A stretch of 63,050 nucleotides of DNA, counting the filler, from Ministeria vibrans ATCC 50519 (Eukaryota; Protista; Filasterea), in assembly GCA_943704425.1 (NCBI GenBank). It is 5 parts of 5 records of this genome, joined end to end, with 100 filler letters (N's around TTAATTAATTAA, not from the genome) between each part and the next. Parts side by side here need not be neighbours in the genome. Positions count along the whole stretch, not along the records: positions 37,515 to 57,858 come from CALSCP010002170.1; 4 more parts are not named here. The stretch is one strand, 5' to 3'. Position 1 is the stretch's first letter; the number at the start of each line of letters is the position of its first letter. Of this stretch, positions 38,773 to 50,093 are shown one piece after another. The translations under genes were made by a program, and so were the position numbers. The notes beneath the pieces were generated by a model that saw nothing but the letters and a program-made list of their open reading frames with translations, was not told the DNA's origin and searched no databases.

Positions 38773-40680
38773 GTGGAGACGATAGCAACAGCAACCTCGG
38801 GCTGTGCTGGGCCGTCATGGTGGACGTCGCGACCACAGTCAGCACCGCAGGCGACGCGCGAGATGCTCGAGACGATTCGTGACTGTTTGAGCTCGGCCAG
38901 TCGCGAGGACCCTGGTGGGGTACTGCAGGCATTGGTGAGTGTTTCGGAGCGAGTGTCAACGGCGGTGCAGTGCTCTCTGAGCGGAACAGAGTTGTTTGTG
39001 AAAGCAGAGTCGCTGCGGAGACTGTACGAGCGAAAGCCGGCGATGGCAATGTACAAGACGGCGATCTCAAGGTGGGGCGAGACGGGAGACGCGGCACTGC
39101 GAGCACAAGCACTGACGCATCTGGGTCGGATTGCACGTGAGGTTGATTGCGAATATGATGAAGCTGCGAGGTTTCTGGAGCAGGCAAGGTTGCTTGTCGA
39201 GCAAATATTCGGCGCAGGAAGCGCAGATTTTGGGTGTTCTAGCGAGAGTGTGGAACGATCGGGGTGAGTATGGTCGTGCCATCGAGGTTGCCTGCGAGTA
39301 CGTGGAGGCATTACAGGAGAGCCGGCCCACAGACAACGGTGACGTGCAGCTAGAGATGTGGCTTGTAGCGTGTGGCGATGGACCGGTGTTCGCGTTTTTG
39401 CAGTTCCCACAGTGGATTGAGCAACTTGAGTGGGCAGTGGGACGAGACGAACGCGTGCATGTGCTGGCCATGTCGCGGTGTCACAGCGATCTTGTTTCGG
39501 CGTGTTTGGCGGCTGGATCATTCGGTCGCGCACAGCGCCTTGCCGACGAGAACAGCCAGCGAGTGGAGAAGGCGCTTGCATTTGAGAAGGTGCATGAGAT
39601 GCGGGCGGACATGCTGCTGGTGCGAGCGAGGGTGAGCAGAGCTACGGGGGACTTCTCTGGGCAGGCAGCGTTTGCCAAACAGGCGCTTTCGCATGCGCGT
39701 GAGGTGTTCGCTGACGAGTCACACATGTGCAAGTGCTCGAGGCGAAGTGTGAGTGTGCGGACGCTTGCGCTCTCAATGTGGGTGCTGGAGAGTATCGTGC
39801 GCGAATGGAGGCAGATAGATTGGGAACGTTGAAGAAGAGGATGGGAGGAGGACAGCTGGAGGATCGTGTTGTGGCGACGTATGAGCCGAGTTTTGCGCGA
39901 GCGATGGAGATTGGGGGAAAGGAGACGGTGCAGAAGATGGTTGGAGCGATGGGTTTTCTAGAAGGAAGCGCGATGGAAGTGGAGGTTCTGCGACTGTTGG
40001 TGATGGGGGAGAGGAAGAAGGCCGAGGGTATGGTGGATGAAGATGAGTTTGATGTCGCTCTTGGTGCGCTGTGTCAGCTCTCTGTGGTAGATGCGAGGGC
40101 CCAAGTCGTCTCGATGCATCAGTTGGTGCAGGATGTGTGCCGTGATGTGGCATTTGAGGAGGAGGAGGACAAGTGGAAGGTGTTGGAGGAGGTCGGGAGG
40201 ATGTTGAAGGCAGAGATTGGCAGTGACGAGAAGGTGTACAGTGACCGGGAGTGGAGTCGTCGCGTGGGAGTGCAGGGAATGCGAGTGCTGAAATGGACAG
40301 TAACGGAGATGGCGAGAAGAAAGAAGGCAGGCTCAGTGATTGAGTCGGTGGAAGAGGAGGGCGTCGTGTTACTGGGATCACATCTGAGCAGCATGTGGCG
40401 GAAGACAGGTCACTACAACGAAGCGATGCGTGCCGCCGAGAGTGCTCTGACCATCTGTGAGAAGTCTGTTGGTCCCGACCACCCATCCACAGGCGACACA
40501 TTGAACAACATGGCCGTGGTGTTCCGGGCACAGGGAGACTACACTCGTGCTCTTGAGTACTACGAGCGTGCTCTGACCATCTTTGAGAAGTCTCTTGGTG
40601 CCGACCACCCATCCACAGGCGAAACACTCTTCAACATGGCACGAGCCGAGAGAGAGGGTGAGCCAAGAGAGAGAGAGTGA
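38773..40680 (+). pseudogene. Degenerate TPR / NB-ARC-type winged-helix / TPR (NLR-like) gene
   Basis: Three overlapping ORFs linked by frameshifts near 39230 and 39730; ALGALCQLSVV...VSMHQLVQDV (MHxLV motif at 40114); 42-aa TPRs HPSTGDTLNNMAVVFRAQGDYTRALEYYERALTIFEKSLG; no P-loop seen; ends in a minisatellite. Confidence 0.7.
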
Positions 40681-40852
40681 GCCAAGAGAGAGAGAGTGAG
40701 CCAAGAGAGAGAGAGTGAGCCAAGAGAGAGAGAGTGAGCCAAGAGAGAGAGAGTGAGCCANNNNNNNNNNNNNNNNNNNNNNNNNNNNNNNNNNNNNNNN
40801 NNNNNNNNNNNNNNNNNNNNNNNNNNNNNNNNNNNNNNNNNNNNNNNNNNNN

Positions 40853-40897
<45 letters not shown>
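40660..40897. repeat. 19-bp minisatellite (gccaagagagagagagtga) and (GA)n flanking an assembly gap
   Basis: Directly visible. Confidence 0.93.
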
Positions 40898-40901
<4 letters not shown>

Positions 40902-41724
40902 ATAATTTCACTTTATTCTTTACGAACATGTCTTCTGATCTTGAGAAAATCAAGAACAGACTCTGACGAATCAAGGGCCGACACTCTAAACTGAAAAGAC
41001 AATCGCAGAGAATGCCACCAGTACAAACAGGGGAGAGAACGACGCAAGCGAAGCTGAGGGTAAGAATAACAACGAGGAAAAGGAGATAGCCATATACTTG
41101 TAGAGCAGAGCGTGCTTATCATTTTTACAGGACACCTAGAAGCACATGCGAGTGTTACTCTGTTTTGTGATCTTCTGTCTGTCCACGACGTGCCCGGGAC
41201 GATCGAACACTTCTTGAGGCGGAAATGGCACGCGCAAAAGCGGGCACGACTGCAGCTGATGTGGTGGCACTTGCGTTGCTTTGCGGGCGTTTCGGCTGCT
41301 GCGGGGTGACGTGGGGCCACTGGAATTTCGAATCCTGTGCCCACACTGCAGCTGTCTGGAGCCCACTCGCTTGCACGGCGAGTTGATTGCGCAGGGTAGT
41401 GTCGGCGCTTCGCAGAGAGTCCGACGCGGCCAGGCTCATGGTAAACTCGGCGAGTCGGCACTTCAGTTGCGGATCGTGAAGCGTGTCTGTCTGAGCACGC
41501 GAGAGTATCTGTGGTAGGAGCACCTTGCAAAAGTACAGCTCGTACTCTTCCGCAAAGTCCTTGAGTCCCAACTCAAAGTCGCCGTAAGAGACCACCAGCA
41601 TAATGGCATTCTCCAGAGGCGACACCCGCGCGTTGGGCAATTGCATTTTTTTGCATGCAAGCGGAGTGCTCTCCGACTCCAACAGACTGCGCACAACGTG
41701 GTTGAAAGACAATGGGAATAAACA

Positions 41725-42260
41725 ATGGAGCACGTACAAGAAAGGATCAAGATGGTCGGCACGGCGATGAAGATTTTGACATTCGCCGTCACCTGCTTTG
41801 CATTTGTGCACAAGGGCGGCGGGACGCGCGTTAGTTGGACACTGGAGCATTTCCTCGACACCGTCCTAGCGTACATGGGCCGAATTGAGTGGATACGCAA
41901 GGACAACGCATACTTCGCCGGACTTGCGAACGTATCTCGGAGAGTGGTGAAGTGCTCAGCTCGCTCGTACTCAAGATTTTTGAGAACGCGGATGACCGCA
42001 ACATGGAGCGAACGCATCTCACAGAGTTGCACAAGGCTGGGGTCTCAGTCGTGACTGTACTCGGCTCGAGTGTTTACAAGGGCAAGCCGTGTCTCGAGCT
42101 TGACGAAGGGAAATTCAGTCTCGCCGAGTGGCTCACGGATGCGCTCGCGGACGGCGAAGATCAAAGTGAAAGATCAAAGTGAAAGACCGCCTGAAATGGT
42201 GGCAGCGCTGGTGCCGGTGTTGTGCCAGTGCATGCGATGGGTTGTCTGGAAGTGGTGAGC
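41725..42260 (+). pseudogene. Possible degenerate protein-kinase-like fragment
   Basis: LVLKIFENADDRNMERTHLTELHKAGVSVVTVLG...PCLELDEGKFSLAEWL resembles kinase subdomains II-V; frameshifted; 13-bp tandem duplication (gatcaaagtgaaa) near 42159-42184; no HRD or DFG found. Confidence 0.35.
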
Positions 42261-42674
42261 TGCGTCTTGGCGTTTGCGGTGCGTGGGCAGGTCTGGATTG
42301 CCAGGAGGGTTGTATTTGAAGAGGCAGGCGTTAAGAGAGAAGTCGGCTTCGACCACAACAAAGTAGTCTGCTGCACAAAGGCTCACGGCGAGATTGCGCG
42401 TTGACACAGCGAGTTATCGATGAGATCCAGTCAAGTTGAACGACTTCTCCTCTCCTTTCCTGCCTGTGAAAGTGTTCCCGTCGGTGTAAAGTATGACAGG
42501 ACGTTGGACATGGGGTTCGGGGAGCCTTGGGTGGCGAATTGAAGTGGTCTCGGCAGAGATGAGATCCAGTCAAGTTGACGACTGTGAATGAAAAAAATGC
42601 ACAGTCCAGTTGCGAATATGGGGCGAATCTGAAAAAAAAACTTTTTCTAGCTCCCCTCGTCTTTCCCTCCTGCC

Positions 42675-43070
42675 ATGACCCACGTCTACCAACTCACTCC
42701 AGCCACGAACGGAGGACGCCTGAGCGCCACCCCGGTCGACAGGCGCGTTCTTTTGCAATCCAGAGTAGAGGCGGACGCGTTTCTGTTGACCTTGCGGCGT
42801 CGCGCTTGCCTTGGTTCAACACTCAAGTGCTTTGCTGGGATGAAGCTCGTGTCGCAGACTGTCCCTGGACTGCGCAGCAAGTTGATCTGTGGCGCCCGCG
42901 TCTACAGCGGCCGACTCTTTGGGTTGTTTGAGGAGGACCAGCAACTGTTCCTCTTCTGCGTCGACGCAGCCGGCAATGTCGTGTTTCCTGCATCGTTTCG
43001 GGCTGCGAGCGTGAGTGTGCTTGATGGTGTGGGGCTTGTGGAGGCGGCGCGGCGGCGCGTGATGGGTTAG
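42675..43070 (+). CDS. Hypothetical protein, 131 aa
   Basis: ATG-initiated ORF with protein-like composition; no motif recognised. Confidence 0.35.
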   Translation: MTHVYQLTPATNGGRLSATPVDRRVLLQSRVEADAFLLTLRRRACLGSTLKCFAGMKLVSQTVPGLRSKLICGARVYSGRLFGLFEEDQQLFLFCVDAAGNVVFPASFRAASVSVLDGVGLVEAARRRVMG

Positions 43071-43576
43071 GGTTCTTTTACTGTGAATCACCGCGACCGC
43101 CCAAAAGAACAGATGCTACGGGCTCCTCTTGTTCTCTGCACGAAAAGCGACACGTTCTGCGATGTTACCGACGCTGGACGACACATTCTCCAACTTGACC
43201 GACACTGGGCGATACAGCGGATACGCTAGCGACTGCGACTCCGAATAAGATGTCAAATACAACGACTTCCACAGATCTCGGATCCGTTTTCATTTTTCAA
43301 TTTTTTTACCCATTGTCGCAAACAATAGCCAGATTTGTCCTAACCAAGACCTGAGGTAAGCTTGAGGGTGCTTTTTCACTTTTATTTTGGGTGGAGTTTA
43401 AAATATTCGGCGCGTCTCCGGACGTCCACAATCGCCAGCACAATGAGCACTTTGCCCTGCAATCTGTAGGGGACGGATATAGTGCAGGGCCCGTTCAGTC
43501 CCGCTGTATTTAGTGTGATTTTGAAGAGCAGTCGTGGAAGAGAGGGCAGAAAGATAAACTCCATTTTTTGCAGATC

Positions 43577-45922
43577 ATGGCTCTTGCAACGTTCTCTGAA
43601 AAACATATCCGGCCGCTGCTGCAGCTCAATGACCAGCTGCGCAAGCTGTCCAGCGACGAAAAAGACATCAACGTGACGTCGATCGTCGCTGTTGGTGATC
43701 AGAGCCACGGCAAAACTTCGGCGCTAGAGGCGCTAAGTGGAGTTGATTTGCCGCGCGGCGAGGGCATCAAGACGCGAGTGCCGCTCGTGCTTATGCTTCG
43801 CACCTGCCCCACGAGCGAACAGGAGCATGCCCTCATCAAGGGCGATGGACTGGAAAAGCGCATCGAGCTGAGCGACATTGCGCACGAGGTTGAGGCGAGC
43901 ACTAAGTTACTCGCGGGCGATAGCAAAAACGTGGTGGACAAGCCGCTTGAGCTCACCGTGTTCCGCCACGAGCAAGACGACCTCACACTGATTGATCTGC
44001 CCGGTATGACACGCGTTGCCGTCGGCGGACAGAGCGAGGACATCGAGGAGACCATCACAAAGATGTACCGCCGCTACATGACGCCACCCGAGGCGGTGCT
44101 GCTCAACGTCGTCTCGGCCATGGTCGACGTGTCCACGAGCAAGTCACTGCAAATGTCGCGCGAGCTTGACGCCGCCGGCACCCGCACGCTGCTCTGTTTC
44201 ACTAAAGTCGACCAGCACGCCGAACCCGGCCTGCAGCACAAGATCCGCGACGCGTCCACCAACTTCAAGTGCCCTGTCTTCTGCGTGCGCAACCGCAACC
44301 AGGCCGAGAATGACGAGGCGCTGAGTCTTGACGAGGCACGCGAGCGTGAGCGTGTCTTCTTCGCGGGCCATGACGAGCTTGGCGAGCTCCCCGAAGACCA
44401 AGTGGGTGTCACAGCACTCTCACGCAAGCTAGTGGCGCTGCAGTCAGAGCGTATCCGCGAGACACTGTTCAACACACGTCCCAAGATCAAACAGCGTGTC
44501 ACCGACCTCGAAAAGGAACTCGCTGCGTTTGGTGAGCAGCCAGACTCTGAGTCGTCGGCGCGGGCCGTGTTTCGTGCGCGTCTGCAGGCGAGCACGCAAG
44601 CACTCGCGGCCGAGCTCGACGGGCGCACGCAGAGCACTGTTGTGGACGATGCGTTTGGTCACCAGGTGGGAGTGTTGTCGGCGACGCGCTCAAAGAAAGG
44701 CGTGTGGAAACCAATGTCCTATCCGAACGAAGTGAAGTACAATGGCAACACGATCCAGCTGCAGCTGGGGCGAAAAGTAGGCTTGTTTCTGGGGGAAGAG
44801 GAAGTAAATGTGAGTGTGACACTTGACAAGGGCACGTCGGCGCTGGAGCTCTCGATCCATGCCCATTCCGCGTACAACGGCAAAGCTGACGAGGTCTTCA
44901 AAGAATACCTTTTCGACGAAACTCGTTCCGAGTACGCATTGCCATTGACGTACAAAGGCGTCGGCTCTGTAGGCAAACTCCAGGTCACTATCACCGCCTT
45001 GAGCCACACAACCAAGACCGAAGCGAGCTCTGGTGCCATGCTCTGTGCCACTCTGGGCACATGCGACGAACAACTGTGCACCTCTCTTCGCACATGCCAC
45101 ACAAACCGCTTCTTCTTCTCCGGCGGCTTTCGCCGGCAAGTTCAGAGAGAGGTCTCGGCACGGCAGGGGGCCGCCGGTCTGCCTGGCACTGTCGTGCCGG
45201 AAGTACCGCTCGCTCTCATTCGCCAGCTGCAAGCACCACTCAAGGGCTACGTCCACGATCATGTTGCCCGCGTCAGCAAGGCAGTCGAGGCAGCCACCGC
45301 TCGTTTGGTTGTGAACTCGTTACAGGATATGCCTCAGTTGCACCGCATCGTCAGCAGCACTGTTGACGAGTTTATGGAGGCGCAGAGCGAGACAGCGAGA
45401 CAGCGCACAGCCGACCTGCTCGACTGGGAGTCCACTGTACTCACCAAGAACCACTACTTTATGGACACGGTGCAGAGCCTGCGCAAGCTTCTCCTTGAAA
45501 CGCCCGAGGATGATGAGGAAGATGATGCGCTGGAGGAATCTGACGAGGAAGATGAGGAAGTACCGGAGCGTTTTGCCTTCCTGCGCGATCAACTCGAGAC
45601 GCTTCGCGCAATGAGCAACGAAGATCAGCGCATCGTTGACCTGCAGATTGAGATTTACGCGTACTGGAAGACGATGCGGAAGCGCTTGATCGACTATGTG
45701 GCCCTTGCGACACGCACCTACATTGCACGGTGTCCCATCACCGACGGCCAATTGCGACGCGTCGTGGAGCAGGCGGTTGAGGACGCAGCTCAGAGAGACG
45801 GCTCGCTTGGCCTCATGACACTGATGAGCGCGCGACCTGAGCAGCGCCTCAAGTACGAGGGGTTGAAGCGACGACTGAAGAATCTCAATGAGGCTATGCG
45901 ACTGCTCAACGAGCACCGCTGA
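43577..45922 (+). CDS. Mx-like dynamin superfamily GTPase with an internal insertion
   Basis: G1 GDQSHGKTSALEALSG, LPRGEGIKTRVPL, G3 DLTLIDLPGMTRVAVGGQ, G4 TKVD, stalk TKNHYFMDTV, GED-like AYWKTMRKRLIDYVAL; coding region intronless; probable 5' UTR intron 43356-43573. Confidence 0.93.
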   Translation: MALATFSEKHIRPLLQLNDQLRKLSSDEKDINVTSIVAVGDQSHGKTSALEALSGVDLPRGEGIKTRVPLVLMLRTCPTSEQEHALIKGDGLEKRIELSDIAHEVEASTKLLAGDSKNVVDKPLELTVFRHEQDDLTLIDLPGMTRVAVGGQSEDIEETITKMYRRYMTPPEAVLLNVVSAMVDVSTSKSLQMSRELDAAGTRTLLCFTKVDQHAEPGLQHKIRDASTNFKCPVFCVRNRNQAENDEALSLDEARERERVFFAGHDELGELPEDQVGVTALSRKLVALQSERIRETLFNTRPKIKQRVTDLEKELAAFGEQPDSESSARAVFRARLQASTQALAAELDGRTQSTVVDDAFGHQVGVLSATRSKKGVWKPMSYPNEVKYNGNTIQLQLGRKVGLFLGEEEVNVSVTLDKGTSALELSIHAHSAYNGKADEVFKEYLFDETRSEYALPLTYKGVGSVGKLQVTITALSHTTKTEASSGAMLCATLGTCDEQLCTSLRTCHTNRFFFSGGFRRQVQREVSARQGAAGLPGTVVPEVPLALIRQLQAPLKGYVHDHVARVSKAVEAATARLVVNSLQDMPQLHRIVSSTVDEFMEAQSETARQRTADLLDWESTVLTKNHYFMDTVQSLRKLLLETPEDDEEDDALEESDEEDEEVPERFAFLRDQLETLRAMSNEDQRIVDLQIEIYAYWKTMRKRLIDYVALATRTYIARCPITDGQLRRVVEQAVEDAAQRDGSLGLMTLMSARPEQRLKYEGLKRRLKNLNEAMRLLNEHR

Positions 45923-46100
45923 ACAAAACGCGAGAGAGAGAGAGAGATAGGGAGAGAGAGACAATGTAGAGGGGATTTTGGGACTGCTCGTGCAATGCCA
46001 ACACCCGGCTGCTTTGAGGTTTATGTTTTGGTTCATTCTGATTTGATGCGCGCACACCCCTACACGGGTGCCTGAGGGGGTGGTGGAGGAGCATAAAACC

Positions 46101-47330
46101 CTAGTCGCTGCTGTCGCTCTCATTGCCGCTGCTGCCGCTCTCATTGTCGCTGCTATCGCTGCTGTCGCTCTCATTGTCGCTGCTGTCGCTGCTGTCGCTC
46201 TCATTGTCGCTGCTATCGCTGCTGTCGCTCTCATTGTCGCTGCTGTCGCTGCTGTCACTCTCATTGTCGCTGCTATCGCTGCTGTCGTTCTCATTGTCGC
46301 TGCTGTCGCTGCTGTCGCCCTCATTGTCGCTGCTATCGCTGCTGTCGCTCATATTGTCGCTGCTGCCGTCGCTGTCGCTACTGTCGCTGTCGCAGCCATT
46401 GTCGCCTTTGATGAAACTGCTGCAGCCCGAGGCCGCCATCTCGTCGTCGGTGATTGCGCCCTGGCGTCGCGGCCGTTTGCGTTGCGGCGGCACATGGTCG
46501 CTCTCGCTGTCGCCCTTATCGTTGGTGATTGCACGCTGGCGTCGTGGTCGTTTGCGACTCGGGGGAACGCCCTTGTCCGCGGTCGACGGGTGCTGCTGCG
46601 GCTGTTGGGCCACAACACTGCCCTGCCCGTCCCCTTCGTCGCCGTTGTCGTCATCGTCCTGGTCGCCCACAACACGGCCTGCGCTCGTGACCCAGTCGAG
46701 GGCGTGGAGCAGTGACGCGAGTGTGGCACCGGTGATGGGAATGCGCGGCACGAGAACGTTGAGGTTGGGGTTGCTGACAAAGACTGCGTGCGCCTCTTTG
46801 GTGAAGAGCGCGTCCTGGGAGACAAACACAAGGGTGCCAATGTTGATGTGTGTAGAGTCTGGCGCTTCCAATGCCGGCCTCACAAAGTCGCCATCAAACA
46901 CCCCGTAGAAGGTGCGCGTGGGCGCGTCGGCTGAGTCCTTGAGCACAGGGTAGACGGCGGCCGTGCTCGTTGGGGCAATCGCGTCGACTGGAAGCCACTC
47001 TGTGTCGCCCGTGACAGTTTCCGTGCGCACATGCGGGTAGGAGGTCGCGCGGTTGGGGGTGGTGGGAGGAGCATTGTCGCTCTCGGCATCACTGTCGCCA
47101 TAGTCGCCTGTGATAATGCGCACCCGATTGGTACTCGCGGTGCGCGGCGCGTCGATAGGTCCCGAGTCAGAGCCGGCGTGGGTGAAGTTGGTGGTGGGTG
47201 GGGGAGTGTCATCTCCGCTGCTGATATCGCGCGACGGGGTCGTGCTTGGAGATGGAGCGACTGTGCCAGTATGTTTCATAAGAATGCGCTTGCTTGAAGA
47301 TGGAGCGACTGAGTTAGTATTCTTGGACAT
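46101..47330 (-). CDS. Orphan 409-aa protein with two RKRPRR motifs and an acidic (DNESDSSDSS)n tail, copy 1
   Basis: ATG-initiated intronless ORF; short globular-looking core FYGVFDGDF...LVFVSQDALF...LHALDW; 30-bp coding repeat at about 46104-46400. Confidence 0.7.
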   Translation of the reverse strand: MSKNTNSVAPSSSKRILMKHTGTVAPSPSTTPSRDISSGDDTPPPTTNFTHAGSDSGPIDAPRTASTNRVRIITGDYGDSDAESDNAPPTTPNRATSYPHVRTETVTGDTEWLPVDAIAPTSTAAVYPVLKDSADAPTRTFYGVFDGDFVRPALEAPDSTHINIGTLVFVSQDALFTKEAHAVFVSNPNLNVLVPRIPITGATLASLLHALDWVTSAGRVVGDQDDDDNGDEGDGQGSVVAQQPQQHPSTADKGVPPSRKRPRRQRAITNDKGDSESDHVPPQRKRPRRQGAITDDEMAASGCSSFIKGDNGCDSDSSDSDGSSDNMSDSSDSSDNEGDSSDSSDNENDSSDSSDNESDSSDSSDNESDSSDSSDNESDSSDSSDNESDSSDSSDNESGSSGNESDSSD

Positions 47331-47415
47331 CTCCTTTAATCATTAATTCTAATAAATTGGAAATGTGTTCTTCTTCTAATCATTAATTCTTCTGTTTCAT
47401 TGTTCGCTGATCGCT
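47331..47415. promoter_or_regulatory. Candidate bidirectional promoter with two TAATCATTAATTCT copies
   Basis: 85-bp AT-rich gap between divergent ATGs; 14-mer at 47337-47350 and 47377-47390. Confidence 0.5.
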
Positions 47416-50093
47416 ATGGCGGCCAACGCAATGTACGCAGAAGTTGTCGCTGGCTACTTTGTGGACGAATGTCTTCGCTACGTGCGTGACAACACTCAAC
47501 ATGGCGCAGGCGGCCATCCCGTTTCTTCGCATGACCTAATGCAGAGACGACGACTACTGGTGGCTCACGCAACAGCGACTCTTCATCAAGGACCGCTTGC
47601 CCTCGTCGTGGACAGATGCGGGGCGGAGCACAGGGAGCGCATTGTGAGGTTTGCCATCGCACAGGTGAAAAAATATATATATCGCAATAGACCTATCCCT
47701 TGCAACTTACAAGAGAGCACAGCCTCCCCAGAACCCCAAGTCGAACCCCCACGAACAAGGAAACGAAAAAATATAGAAGAAAAAAAAATGAGTCACCTTT
47801 CTCCCTTCGCAGGGTTCTGTTGCACTTCATGCCGAAGACGTGTGCCGCAACACTGGCGTGCCTGATGAGCACATGCCTGCTGTGATGCACTATTTGGAAA
47901 CGCACGCGAAAGATGTCCTCATCAACGCGAACATTCCCGACGCCATTCTCTTCGCCATTCTGCCGGCGATCGAGAGGGTGGAAGCGTACTTTACGCCCGC
48001 TGGCTTGATCCCTCTCCCTGTGGGAATACCACCACCGATGCCTGCAGTCGCCATTCCCGATCTCACCCCTCTGCGTGACGTAATTTTTGCCGATGTTGTC
48101 AGCCAGTTTCGCCTCGCCTTCCCCGACCATGTTTTCCTCGCCCAACCGCCTGCACTGCCTTTCGTCACTCCTCCTGACCTCTGGGATTCGCTCTATTGCT
48201 TTCTTTGCGACGTTTCCTACGTTTGGAGCACGCATGCAAAGCTCGGCGAGTACTACACTCGAGCCTTCACCAGCGCAGCGCAGCGCACGGACACGTTGTT
48301 CTATCGTACAGTGCACAAGATGGCGTACATTTTGGGAGGTGGACTTTTTGTGCACAATGAACTTTCTCGTCCGTTGGTGACGGAAAGCCTGGTGACTGCC
48401 GTTGCCAATATTCCTAACGCGCCAAATGATGTATGCGTGCCCGCTCCGGCTCAGTCGACCGTCGAGCGCGTGCGGCACATCCGCAATAGGTCATGCGCCC
48501 ATCCCCATCTCGTGTTTGCACTGCCTGACCCGAATGTCGATCCTAATCCTGCCGAGCTATTGCCTGCTGCCCCTCACGACTTTGGTTCCGTGTTTGTTGG
48601 TCCCTCGCCAAGATTCTTCCTCGCACCCATCAATAATGGCAAGGTGCACGTCAATGTTGAGATGTCGGTTGCCGACGTGCTGTCCAACACCCCACAGGTC
48701 AGTCACGTATGTCTAATTAACTATGACAGAGATGTGATCTCGACTTCCTGTGTACATGCGCGCGTGTCTATTTCATACGTCACTACTGCTCTTTACTGAC
48801 GTAATGACATTGTTTGAATATGCTTCTTTTCACAGCTCTTTGCTGCGATCAACGCACTCAGCTCGCAGTTTCTCTATGACTTTGGCACAAAGTCGCTCTT
48901 TGATCCCACGCACATAACTGGCGATGTCGTGCGAGTGGACCCTGTGCAGATTGGATTCCCTCGTCTCGCACCCCAGTTTCAAACCGACCAGCAGGGCGTC
49001 ACCCCCGACTTCTGCCATTGCTACAACGCATGGCAGGACATCACGAGCGCCCAACTTGCCGCCAACACAGTTCTCCTATTGCTGCGGGGACCTGGCCATT
49101 CCAGTGCTAAGCATCTTTTGGTTGAAACCACGTACTTCACCGCCGTGACCATCATGTCAGCATTTGGGGTCGAAGGACGTGATCCAGACAAAGTGTTTCA
49201 CAGACACAGGCGCCCAAATAATGGGCGTATTTCCGCGAACATAAATTGCCGATTTGGCCCCTCACAAGTGGAGGTAAGAAACTTTAATAATATTAATAAT
49301 AATGATGAACAACAACTCTGCATGGCATTTTTTTCTGCATGTTGCGGTGTACAAAGCTTATTGCGTGAATGGTGTTGAATTGATCGCCAATGTATTCTCT
49401 CGCTTTTATGTTTAGACCATTCCTAACGGCAACTTTGGTGGCATTGTCATGCGACTCAAGCACATCCGCGACAAATTTGTCGGTCACCCGACTGGAGATT
49501 TCTACTTCAACTACCGCTCTTTCGATCCTCTCCAACCTGCAACCCAGGGGGTGCACGAGACCCATGCTGTGCAACGGCCTCTCTTCGACGACGCGGAAGG
49601 CAACGCTATTCTCCCAAATCCGCCAAGTGACGAAAACGCACTCGTACTTCTCACGTACCCCGAGGTGAAAGCTGTCTACGACTTGTGCACAGCGATGCTT
49701 CTGCAACTCCGCCCTCTCCTCCAACACAACTGCCCTCGATCCCGGGCGTCTGCGCCAGCCGTTGCGAACTGGGCCACTGTCGAGCCTGCTGTGCTCACTC
49801 ATGTCGAGATTCGCATGATTGTCACCCTCGATGCCGCGGTTTTCCACCCTCCTTACCACCCGCATCTCACCGTCACCATCACCGAGCAGGCCACAGGTGC
49901 ACAAAATGACCATTCGCTTGCAATCAACGCGTCTGGAGCCCTGGTGTACACGTCCTCGCCCACAATTCGTCTCCACTCGCAAAGAACTTTTGCGTTCTCC
50001 GTCGCGTCCCCGGTTGATCCCGCGAACCCTCTCCATACGTTCAACTACCACACTACAGGGTTCTTCCCCACCGAGCCCATTGATCTCCAATAA
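47416..50093 (+). CDS. Orphan four-exon gene A (about 750 aa)
   Basis: Exons about 47416-47664, 47813-48697, 48836-49273 and 49416-50093 joined by GT-AG introns in phase 0; no family recognised. Confidence 0.7.

Larger units (their letters stand above)
45998..48501 (+). repeat. 2.5-kb direct repeat, copy 1
   Basis: Matches 53212-55715 at an offset of 7214; ORF translations are identical in both copies. Confidence 0.96.

Noticed and set aside
46068-46908. Hydrophobic plus-strand ORFs (AAVALIV and SLLSL repeats) as membrane proteins
   Set aside because: Antisense shadows of the Ser/Asp repeat, with non-ATG starts.
48497-49875. HUH endonuclease or 2H-phosphoesterase call for gene A from HPHLVF and YHPHLTV
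   Set aside because: Short motifs only; the other required motifs could not be placed. Left as an orphan.
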